Part shown: positions 7,556 through 15,316 of the stretch, piece after piece
Numbering within the stretch: position 1 is the first letter of the stretch
Layout of the letters: the number at the start of each line of letters is the position of its first letter
NCBI GenBank assembly: GCA_002355455.1
Contig: AP017375.1
Span: 3,811,640-3,835,639 of the forward strand
Reading direction: 5' to 3'
Source: Stanieria sp. NIES-3757
GTDB taxonomy: Bacteria; Cyanobacteriota; Cyanobacteriia; Cyanobacteriales; Xenococcaceae
DNA length: 24,000 nt
Notes under the pieces: generated by a model
The model's input: only the letters and a program-made list of their open reading frames with translations
Databases searched by the model: none
What the model was told of the DNA's origin: nothing
Translations under genes and position numbers: made by a program

Positions 7556-9037
7556 TCATCTCATCCTAAACTTTGATAGAAAAGAATTTTTAACTGTCGC
7601 ACCAATACCTGCTGCCTTAGTTGGTGAATTATTAGCAAGAGTATAATCTGTGGGTGCAGACTCCCCTGGTTTGCTTAAAAGTGGATCTCCCATAACATCG
7701 GAGGAACTAGCTGCCATACCAGGCTTTACGCCATACCAGTTGTTTTGCTCGAAATTTAGACCTTGAAAGCTGATAATTCCATCAGTATTTTGTATGGTTG
7801 GTTTCGCAAAGATATTGTTTTTTATGTTCACATTGAATGTGTAGGGATCTTCGCTAATATTAAAAAGAGAGTGGTTTCCGTAGAAGGTGTTATTTTCGAT
7901 TGTCGTATTTCTCAGCCCGAAGAACTGAGCTTTTTGTCCTTTTGCGTGTGCGCCAGCATAAACACCATAATGGAAGCCTTCATGCCCGCCAACGATGATA
8001 TTATTTCTTACAGTATTTTTGTCGAGATAAAATTCAGGAGTATGTCCGAGATTATCATAGCGTTCGTTTGCCATTTGGATATTGTTGGTATCGCGGTCTG
8101 ATTTCATTGTCGCTGGATTACCTGTAGCCATAATAAAATTATTTTCAGCCGTGGATGATTGGGCATTGTCGAAGTATAAATTGACTGAATAGTTGTCGAT
8201 AATCGTGTTTCTTTGAACAGTTGCGTTATTAACTGAAACTAACCCAACACCTTCACCCCAATTTTCCACAACTTTATTATTGACAAATTGGATGTTCTCT
8301 GCGTTACGTGCTTGTAAACCCTGACCGTGGTTCTCTTTTTCTTTATTAGCACCAGAATTATTTTTATAGTTGTTAATTACTAGGTTGCCCTCAACCAGCA
8401 CATTTCGGGCGCGGTCTTTTTTCACATCTCCCCACATTGTGCCACGAACAGTTATACCATTAAGTTGATTATTATGGACATTATTTCCATACAGAGCAAT
8501 ATTTTCAGCTACAATTACTTCTAATCCACGACCTCTGGCATTGCGAATTTCTAGTCCGATGACTTGTACCCACTGTGTATCTTCGATGAGGAACAATGTA
8601 GTCGTATCGTTTAGATGCTTACCATCAATTATTGCTGTTTCACCTGGATAAGAACAAATTTTTAGTGGTTGTTGTTGAGAACCACCACGATTAACGTATA
8701 TGGCAGCATTTTTTACTGAGTCTTCGGAGAATTTGGGACTTGCACTGACGGTTGGTTGATAAAGTCCACCACGCAAGTAAATTACACCACCTTTACCAGC
8801 CAAATCAGAGATAGCTCTATTTACAGTTGCAAAGGGTTCAGTTTTGCTACCGTTATTCTTGTCTCGACCATTAGGTGCGACAAAAACTACTGGTTCGCTA
8901 GATGAATCATGTTCACAAGGATAAGATTTTTTGGTAAAGCCAATAACATCATCTTCGTTATGATTACAGCCCGTAAGCATCATCATAACTATTGGCAAAA
9001 TCATAGGATATTTCAGCCATTTGCTACTTTTTTTCAT
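7556..9037 (-). CDS. Right-handed parallel beta-helix repeat lipoprotein, a probable polysaccharide lyase or hydrolase-like enzyme
   Basis: The signal peptide carries the lipobox LTGC (MKKSSKWLKYPMILPIVMMMLTGCN). The N-terminal segment FVAPNGRDKNNGSKTEPFATVNRAI...GGVIYLRGGLY is followed by repeated N-rich PbH1-like turns (GNNVHNN, EGNLVINN, VNNKVVEN, QRNTIIDN, ENNFI, RNNIIVGG, ENNTFYGN, KNNIFA). Confidence 0.8.
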   Translation of the reverse strand: MKKSSKWLKYPMILPIVMMMLTGCNHNEDDVIGFTKKSYPCEHDSSSEPVVFVAPNGRDKNNGSKTEPFATVNRAISDLAGKGGVIYLRGGLYQPTVSASPKFSEDSVKNAAIYVNRGGSQQQPLKICSYPGETAIIDGKHLNDTTTLFLIEDTQWVQVIGLEIRNARGRGLEVIVAENIALYGNNVHNNQLNGITVRGTMWGDVKKDRARNVLVEGNLVINNYKNNSGANKEKENHGQGLQARNAENIQFVNNKVVENWGEGVGLVSVNNATVQRNTIIDNYSVNLYFDNAQSSTAENNFIMATGNPATMKSDRDTNNIQMANERYDNLGHTPEFYLDKNTVRNNIIVGGHEGFHYGVYAGAHAKGQKAQFFGLRNTTIENNTFYGNHSLFNISEDPYTFNVNIKNNIFAKPTIQNTDGIISFQGLNFEQNNWYGVKPGMAASSSDVMGDPLLSKPGESAPTDYTLANNSPTKAAGIGATVKNSFLSKFRMR

Positions 9038-9254
9038 GTAGCGTTACCAAGATATTTTAATAATTTTACTCGAACGAGGTTATTGAAACGTCTGTATTGT
9101 TGAAAAATATTTAAATAATTGAGCGACACCGCGTAGGGTTTGAAAATTAATTTTACTTAATTTGTATCGTAAATTAAAATAATAATAATTTATCTCAAGC
9201 GACTGCAATTTAAGGCATTGATATACCCTCAAACCGAATGAATACTTTTTGATA

Positions 9255-9956
9255 TTACTTGATTGGACTTATTTTTCCCATTTCTTTGAGTGCTGCAAGT
9301 GCGATCGCTTTGGGTAAAATGTTGTGTTCCTGGATTTGGACTCTAGCGTGTAACGTTTCTGGCGTATCATCAGGTAAGATGGGGACTGCTGCTTGCATTA
9401 AAATCAAACCACTATCAACTTCCAAACTAACTAAATGTACAGTACAACCCGTAATTTTGACTTTAGCTGCTAACGCCTGTTCAATTGCCCGAATACCTTT
9501 AAAACTAGGTAACAGACTGGGATGAATATTAATTAACCTGTTAGGAAAAGCATTAATTAAAACTTGGGTAACGACTCGCATCCAACCAGCCATAATTACC
9601 CATTTCACCCCATATTCTTGGAAAGTTGTGACAATTACTTCGTCTAAGTCTTCGCGCTTCTTATATTCTCGATGATTAATTAAAACAGTAGGAATATTGT
9701 ATTTTTCTGCCCGCGATCGCACTTTGGCATCGGGATTATTGTAAATTAAAACTTTAATCTCTGCATTTAATTCACCTTCTACGATCGCGCTTGCAACAGC
9801 TTCAAAATTTGTTCCACTACCAGAAGCCATAATACCTAATGATAATGGTTGATCTAACTGAAGTTGGGAGGATGATAAGTTAGGAGAAATTAATACGCGA
9901 TCGCGATCGGAAATAGCTTGGATGATCATTGCTTGGTGTTTGAAGCTTGAGTGCAA
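9255..9956 (-). CDS. purN: Phosphoribosylglycinamide formyltransferase
   Basis: Motifs seen are GIMASGSGTNFEAV, MAGWMRV and NIHPSLLPSFKG, then the active-site region GCTVH..EVDSG. The true start may be an internal Met, because the first 40 or so residues are an unconserved-looking extension. Confidence 0.9.
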   Translation of the reverse strand: MHSSFKHQAMIIQAISDRDRVLISPNLSSSQLQLDQPLSLGIMASGSGTNFEAVASAIVEGELNAEIKVLIYNNPDAKVRSRAEKYNIPTVLINHREYKKREDLDEVIVTTFQEYGVKWVIMAGWMRVVTQVLINAFPNRLINIHPSLLPSFKGIRAIEQALAAKVKITGCTVHLVSLEVDSGLILMQAAVPILPDDTPETLHARVQIQEHNILPKAIALAALKEMGKISPIK

Positions 9957-10089
9957 TTAATGAACTTATTATTATCTAATAAAACAACCCAAAAACATCC
10001 TGTCAAAAGAATCCCTGATAAATTAATAAGTTATCAGATTTAGCTTTATACTCTATAAGAAAATTGACACCCTATTAAACAAGATCACC

Positions 10090-10974
10090 ATGAATAAACA
10101 AAACAAGCTCTCCTCATGGTTAGATCGCGATAGTTTTGCTGCCTGGATTTTTCTAGCACCTGCACTAATCATTTTAGGAATATTCCTGTTTTATCCAATT
10201 CTGTATCTGTTATATCTCAGTTTTACAAGTGGTAGTTTTACTGTAGAGGGAATTAAATGGATTGGTTTAAGTAATTATTTTCGACTGTTTACGGATGCTG
10301 ATTTTTGGCAAGTCATTGGTAATACGGTTTATTTTACGGTCGCTACCGTTATTCCTACTTTAGTAATTCCATTGATTTTAGCTGTTTTACTCAATCGTTC
10401 CATTCCGTTACGGGGAATTTTACGTACTGCCTATTTTGTCCCTTCAATTACTTCTTTAGTGGCAGTTGGATTAGGATTTCGCTGGCTATTTCAAACTGAA
10501 GGGCCAATTAATCAATGGCTACTGCAACTCAATATTAACCCAATTCCTTGGTTAAGTAGTACGATTTGGGCAATGCCAGTTTTAATTTTACTTAGTAGTT
10601 GGAAGCAACTAGGATTTAATTTGATTGTCTTTTTAGCTGGTTTACAGACTATTCCTCAATCTCGTTACGAAGCAGCAGAATTAGATGGTGCTAATGGCTG
10701 GGCAAAATTTTGGTACATTACTTTACCAGGATTACAACCGACAATTATTTTTGCTACTGTTACTACAGCAATTTTTACTCTACGTAGTTTTGAACAAGTT
10801 TATATTATTACTGGTGGTGGCCCTTTAAATTCAACTAATTTATTAGTTTATTATATTTACGAACAAGCTTTTGCTCGGTTTGAGTTTGGTTATGCAGCAG
10901 CAGCAGCAACTATTTTGCTTGCGATCGCTTTTATGTTTGTTTATATTTATCTGCGTACTTGGAAAGAAGATTAA
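10090..10974 (+). CDS. ABC transporter permease, carbohydrate-uptake type (MalF/UgpA-like)
   Basis: The protein has six predicted TM segments and the EAA loop YEAAELDGANGWAKFWYITLPGL. No partner permease, ATPase or binding protein is adjacent. Confidence 0.85.
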   Translation: MNKQNKLSSWLDRDSFAAWIFLAPALIILGIFLFYPILYLLYLSFTSGSFTVEGIKWIGLSNYFRLFTDADFWQVIGNTVYFTVATVIPTLVIPLILAVLLNRSIPLRGILRTAYFVPSITSLVAVGLGFRWLFQTEGPINQWLLQLNINPIPWLSSTIWAMPVLILLSSWKQLGFNLIVFLAGLQTIPQSRYEAAELDGANGWAKFWYITLPGLQPTIIFATVTTAIFTLRSFEQVYIITGGGPLNSTNLLVYYIYEQAFARFEFGYAAAAATILLAIAFMFVYIYLRTWKED

Positions 10975-11456
10975 TTGTCTTGATAACCAGTTTTTATAAT
11001 TAAATTAAAGTATTTTTGCCATTAAATTCAATTTTTTAGACTAAATATAATTTTTTTTATTATTAATAGTTAATTAAAGAGGCTGATTGGTGTCAAATTT
11101 CAGTTTTTGATTCGCAAATTTCTTGGTTAAATTTCCAACAGCGATCTGCTCCGCAGGCGCATACGCGATCGCTTTAGGAGAAGATTTTCTATTTTCTTTA
11201 CTTTTGACTAATATGATATTTTTGGCAGACCGCCCAGTATACACCTAAATGAATCTACTTGTTGTTAATCAAAAAAATATCTAGATAAATTTACAGAAAT
11301 AATTCTTCGTATTATACTTCTTCACAAGCCGTCAATCAGTAGTGGTTTTAATTTATATAAACTTCATAAAATTCAAGTTTATGTAAACTATATTTACTCA
11401 CAATATAAATATTAGGACAGCAAAAGCTATTGCAGCCGTCAAACATAATTCTCAAT

Positions 11457-12881
11457 ATGAAAAACTTAAAACTAAAAAATTTGCTTAAACCTCGTTTGCG
11501 AAATTCCAAACGTCAAGAATTAGAAGTTAGTTTACCATTTGTATTTTTCTTTTCTGCAATTTGGACTTTAGCAATTTATGGGGTTTTAATACCTTTTAGA
11601 ACAACTCCTCTCGGTATTTTTATGTATGAGAGGGGATTTACTCAATACGTAGTTATCGCTTTATCTGGGATGGTGCTTGCTATCACTGTATTAAAGTATT
11701 TCAAGCTAAAGTCTGAAAGTCATGCGTTAAGAAAAATTTGGATTGCCGAACATATTCCCCTAGAAAAACCAAATTCGCCAGATGTTGCTTATTTTCGCGA
11801 CAGATTAGCCAAAGATGGAAGTTTAGTTGCAATTCGTTGTAGTCGTGTTTTAGATGCTTATATCCACTCAGGCGATCGCGCTGCTGCCACAGAATTTGCT
11901 TTAGATGACTCTTCCTTTTATTTAAGTACTTCAGAATCATCTTATTCTTTTCCTCGCATCTTAATTTGGGCGATTCCTCTCTTAGGATTTTTAGGTACAG
12001 TATTAGGAATTAGTCAAGCAGTAGGAGGTTTTTCTGGAGTTTTAGAACAAGCTGAAGATGTTGAAAAAATTAAAGAAGGAATTACTTCTGTTACTACTGG
12101 TTTAGCAGTGGCGTTTGATACTACTTTACTTGCTTTATGTTTTAGTATTTTATTAATGATTCCCTTAGTTTTAGTCGAGCGTTATGAAACTCGATTACTC
12201 CTAGGAATAGATATTTTTATTAATGATAAATTACTGCCTAGATTAAAAAATAAAAATAAAGATGTTAATGTCGAAACTATTAATCAAGCAGTTAAAGGAG
12301 CAATTGACGAATATTTTCCCAATCCAGAAGCTTTAATTGAACCAGCACAAATTTATGCCGAAAAAGCTGCTCATGTTTTAGCACAAGGATTTATCGAACA
12401 GATTAGCAAAGTACAAGATGTTAGCTCTGAGATCATTCAACAAGTAGGAGAAGTTCGTTCGTTAGCTAGCAGTGATCGCCAAGAATTTATGAATTTCTTT
12501 CATCAACAGCAACAAGCTAACCAAGAATTAATTGCAGGTATAAAAGCAACAATTGAAGAAATAAAAACAAACCAAGAATCAATTGCGATCGGTTTAAATG
12601 GTCAAGCTACAGAAATAAGCCAAACTTTAGAAAAAGCTGCTCAAGCTTTAGAAAATCGCGTTGCTAATTTAGAACAAGCTGCTAATAAAATTCCCCAACT
12701 AAATCAGTTTCAGCAAAGTTTAGATCATAATCTGCAATCAATGGAAAAAACTGCCCAATTGGAAGAAGTTTTAATAGGTGTCAAAGAAAACCTTGCTCAA
12801 CTACAACTAATTCTCAAGCAGATGACTCAACCTCGTAAAATTACATTAATTGAACATCAAAATGGCAATATCCCTTTCTAA
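11457..12881 (+). CDS. MotA/TolQ/ExbB-family proton-channel protein with a long C-terminal coiled-coil tail
   Basis: There are four TM segments. The last two carry the family signature PLLGFLGTVLGISQAVGGF ... TTGLAVAFDTTLLALCFSILLMIPL. They are followed by about 230 residues that are rich in Q, E, A and L and poor in proline. The ATG at 11457 is preferred over the track's TTG at 11430. Confidence 0.8.
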   Translation: MKNLKLKNLLKPRLRNSKRQELEVSLPFVFFFSAIWTLAIYGVLIPFRTTPLGIFMYERGFTQYVVIALSGMVLAITVLKYFKLKSESHALRKIWIAEHIPLEKPNSPDVAYFRDRLAKDGSLVAIRCSRVLDAYIHSGDRAAATEFALDDSSFYLSTSESSYSFPRILIWAIPLLGFLGTVLGISQAVGGFSGVLEQAEDVEKIKEGITSVTTGLAVAFDTTLLALCFSILLMIPLVLVERYETRLLLGIDIFINDKLLPRLKNKNKDVNVETINQAVKGAIDEYFPNPEALIEPAQIYAEKAAHVLAQGFIEQISKVQDVSSEIIQQVGEVRSLASSDRQEFMNFFHQQQQANQELIAGIKATIEEIKTNQESIAIGLNGQATEISQTLEKAAQALENRVANLEQAANKIPQLNQFQQSLDHNLQSMEKTAQLEEVLIGVKENLAQLQLILKQMTQPRKITLIEHQNGNIPF

Positions 12882-12902
12882 AATAAAAGAGGAAATGCAA
12901 CA

Positions 12903-13394
12903 ATGAGGGGCAGAAAAACCCGAAAAATAGCAGAAGCAGAGCTAAGTTTAGACTCATTTTTGGATATCATCGCAAATATAATTGGAGTCTTAATTTTTAT
13001 TACTCTATTTGTCGCAACTCAGGCAATGAATCAAAAAGAAGTAACCATTCTGGCTAAATCAGAACAGGGAGAAAATCGGAGTAAAAATCCTCGTTATATT
13101 GAATGTCGGGAAGATGGTGTAGTACTTTATCCTAGTAAAGAATTTGTTCCTCAAGCGCAACTACAAAATCCTAATTCGGCATTACAAAAATTAATTAGCC
13201 AAATCCAAAATAACAAAGACAAAGAGTATTTAATTGTTGCTTTAAGACCAAGTGGAATTGATGTTTTTAATCAAGTTCGCAATGTAGTTCAAGGCAAAGG
13301 AATTGATATTGGTTATGAACCACTGGATTCTGGTTGGAACTTAAACGTTCAAGGTGAAGTAGTTAATGAGAAGAAGAAAACGTCGCAAAATTAA
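12903..13394 (+). CDS. ExbD/TolR-like single-TM protein (paralogue 1)
   Basis: A basic N-terminus is followed by SLDSFLDIIANIIGVLIFITLF, which places an Asp at the start of the TM segment as in ExbD (PFIDVMLVLLIIF). The C-terminal YLIVALRPSGIDVFNQVRNVVQGKGIDIGYEP resembles the ExbD periplasmic domain. A GAGGA sequence precedes the ATG. Confidence 0.55.
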   Translation: MRGRKTRKIAEAELSLDSFLDIIANIIGVLIFITLFVATQAMNQKEVTILAKSEQGENRSKNPRYIECREDGVVLYPSKEFVPQAQLQNPNSALQKLISQIQNNKDKEYLIVALRPSGIDVFNQVRNVVQGKGIDIGYEPLDSGWNLNVQGEVVNEKKKTSQN

Positions 13395-14061
13395 TCATCC
13401 TGGTCAAAATTTTGACTCATTTCTCGATACTATGACAAACACCATTGGTGTTTTAATGTTTATTACTCTTTTTACAACTTTGATTGCTGAAAAAAGCACT
13501 TCTGTAGTTCGGACTCCCCTCGCTTCAAAAATTGAAAAAACACCTCGTTTTTTTGAAATTAGAGATAATAAAGTTACCTATATAAATGATACGAAAGTAG
13601 GAGCAGAGATAGAAGAATTAATTGGTAATCTTCCTGCCTGTAATCAACCAGAAGGAATGTCGGGATTGGGGTTAGCGGAAAATCAAGCTTATTTTGATTA
13701 TCGCTCTTGTATTCAAAGTCGGGCTAACCGTTTGATTAACTTTCAAACTCAAACCGATTTTTATAATGTCAAAATGGTAAATGCAAGTACATTCTCTCTA
13801 CTTTACGAACCACTTCCTACTAAAGAAGGAGAATCTAAACCACAATTGCAGCAGCCTAATTCGAGTTTTCAGACCACTTTAGCTAAATTAAATCCTAATA
13901 AAGATTATCTCGCTTTTATTGTTCGACCTGATAGTTTTGCAACTTTCAGAGCAGCTAGAGAACAAGCCTGGAAACAAGGATTTAATGTTGGTTGGGAACC
14001 TCATAAAGAAGATGCACCGATTATCTTTGGTTCAGGGGGAAGAGCCATTGACGCACAATAA
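13366..14061 (+). CDS. ExbD/TolR-like single-TM protein (paralogue 2, larger periplasmic part)
   Basis: MRRRKRRK...FDSFLDTMTNTIGVLMFITLF aligns residue for residue with the upstream ORF. The C-terminal YLAFIVRPDSFATFRAAREQAWKQGFNVGWEP is also shared. The ORF overlaps the upstream ORF by 29 nt. Confidence 0.55.
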   Translation: MRRRKRRKINHPGQNFDSFLDTMTNTIGVLMFITLFTTLIAEKSTSVVRTPLASKIEKTPRFFEIRDNKVTYINDTKVGAEIEELIGNLPACNQPEGMSGLGLAENQAYFDYRSCIQSRANRLINFQTQTDFYNVKMVNASTFSLLYEPLPTKEGESKPQLQQPNSSFQTTLAKLNPNKDYLAFIVRPDSFATFRAAREQAWKQGFNVGWEPHKEDAPIIFGSGGRAIDAQ

Positions 14062-14084
14062 ACATTTATTTATGCTCATTTAAA

Positions 14085-14324
14085 ATGAAAATTTTTACTA
14101 ATTTTTTGAGTTCTTTAATCATGGCTGGATGGATAGCCGCGATCGCAGTTTTTTCGATTCAGAATATTCAGCAAGTATCTTTGAAATTTTTAACTTTTCA
14201 ATCAATTCAATTACCAATTGGGGTTTTATTGTCATTTTGCTTGGGAATTGGTTTTCTGTTGGGTTCTTTATTGCCTTTATTGTGGCAAAGATCTAGAAGA
14301 GCTAGTCAGGATGTTTATTATTAA
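14085..14324 (+). CDS. Small two-TM membrane protein, LapA-domain (DUF1049)-like
   Basis: The 79-aa protein has two hydrophobic helices (LIMAGWIAAIAVFSI and IGVLLSFCLGIGFLLGSLLPLLW) and a basic tail (QRSRRAS). It starts 23 nt after the preceding ORF. Confidence 0.6.
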   Translation: MKIFTNFLSSLIMAGWIAAIAVFSIQNIQQVSLKFLTFQSIQLPIGVLLSFCLGIGFLLGSLLPLLWQRSRRASQDVYY

Positions 14325-14426
14325 ACCTTAAAAGTGAGGTTAGGTAATAAGTAATAGGTAATAAATTGGCATAACAGATTTCTTCAGCCTGTCTATAATA
14401 AACAGGAAAGGCGGAGGTTACTTGCC

Positions 14427-15305
14427 ATGTTTTTGGTTACTGGTGCAACTGGATCGTTAGGACGTAGAATTGTTAGACAATTAAGAGAACAAGGCAAATC
14501 AGTACGAGCTTTTGTTCGTCTTACGGCTAATTATGAAGAATTAGAAGACAGAGGCGCAGAAATTTTTATTGGCGATCTCAAACAAGATAAAGATATAGCC
14601 AAAGCCTGTCAGGGAGTAAAATATATCATCAGTAGTCATGGCTCTGGTAATAATGCTCAAGCTCTAGATTATCGAGCCAATATCGAATTAATTGACTGTG
14701 CTAAAGAAAATCAGGTTGAACATTTCGTCTTTATTTCTGTTTTGGGAGTAGATCGAGGTTATCAAGATTCTGCCACTTTTAAAGCCAAACGAGAAGTAGA
14801 AAAGTATTTAATTAAAAGTGGTTTAAACTACACTATTTTACGTCCTTCGGGATTTGCTAATAATCTTTTACCCTTAGCAGAAAGATTTCGTGAAACAGGA
14901 ATTTATGTACTAATTGGCGATCCGCAACATCGCTCTTCAATTGTTAGCACTGATGATTTAGCTACGATTGCGATCTCGGCTGTAGAAGTGCCAGCAGCTA
15001 AAAACCGAATTTTTGCCGTAGGTGGGCCAAATATTCTGACTAGAGAAGATATTCCTCGGATCTTTGCCCGTTTATTTAACAAAGAGCCAATTATTATTAA
15101 TCCTCCTTTAATGTTATTTGATGGCTTGCGATCGGGACTTGGTTTAATTAATCCACAGTTACAAAAATCTTTGGGTACACTAAGAACTTTACTCGCACAC
15201 GAATTCTTTTGTACAGCAGAAGAAATTGCTTTACTCGAATCTACTTTTAATATCAAAATGGAATCGCTGGAGAGTTTTTTACAACGTTATTTAGGTAGTA
15301 ATTAA
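14427..15305 (+). CDS. NAD(P)-binding atypical SDR, NmrA/Ycf39-like
   Basis: The N-terminal Rossmann motif is VTGATGSLGRRIVRQL. The length is 292 aa, and FISVLG and ILRPSGF segments are typical of the NmrA-like family. Confidence 0.85.
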   Translation: MFLVTGATGSLGRRIVRQLREQGKSVRAFVRLTANYEELEDRGAEIFIGDLKQDKDIAKACQGVKYIISSHGSGNNAQALDYRANIELIDCAKENQVEHFVFISVLGVDRGYQDSATFKAKREVEKYLIKSGLNYTILRPSGFANNLLPLAERFRETGIYVLIGDPQHRSSIVSTDDLATIAISAVEVPAAKNRIFAVGGPNILTREDIPRIFARLFNKEPIIINPPLMLFDGLRSGLGLINPQLQKSLGTLRTLLAHEFFCTAEEIALLESTFNIKMESLESFLQRYLGSN

Positions 15306-15316
15306 ATTATTTTGAT

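Noticed and set aside
7556-9037. Horizontal acquisition of the beta-helix gene, because it contains no HIP1 octamer and looks slightly more GC-rich by eye.
   Set aside because: HIP1 occurs only about once per 1.3 kb in this window, so zero copies in 1.5 kb is not significant. I cannot compute GC content or codon statistics reliably by eye.
7763-9103. Track ORFs 7763-8101 (+) and 8909-9103 (+).
   Set aside because: Both lie wholly or mostly antisense to the beta-helix lipoprotein gene and have no motifs. They are shadow ORFs.
9259-9525. Track ORF of 88 aa on the plus strand.
   Set aside because: It is antisense to purN and is a shadow ORF.
10090-10974. The orphan ABC permease as an anomaly or remnant of a decayed transporter operon.
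   Set aside because: Cyanobacterial ABC components are commonly dispersed. I found no decayed remnants of partner genes in the flanking sequence.
11701-11940. Track ORF of 79 aa on the minus strand.
   Set aside because: It is antisense to the cytoplasmic-loop region of the MotA/ExbB-like gene and has no motifs.
11430-14061. Considered calling the MotA-like operon a Zorya anti-phage system (ZorA/ZorB).
   Set aside because: Only the tailed-MotA architecture is analogous. The downstream proteins lack a MotB/OmpA-type peptidoglycan-binding domain, and there are no ZorC/D/E-like nuclease or helicase genes. The neighbours are housekeeping genes, not a defence island.
14903-15256. Track ORF of 117 aa on the minus strand.
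   Set aside because: It is antisense to the SDR gene and is a shadow ORF.
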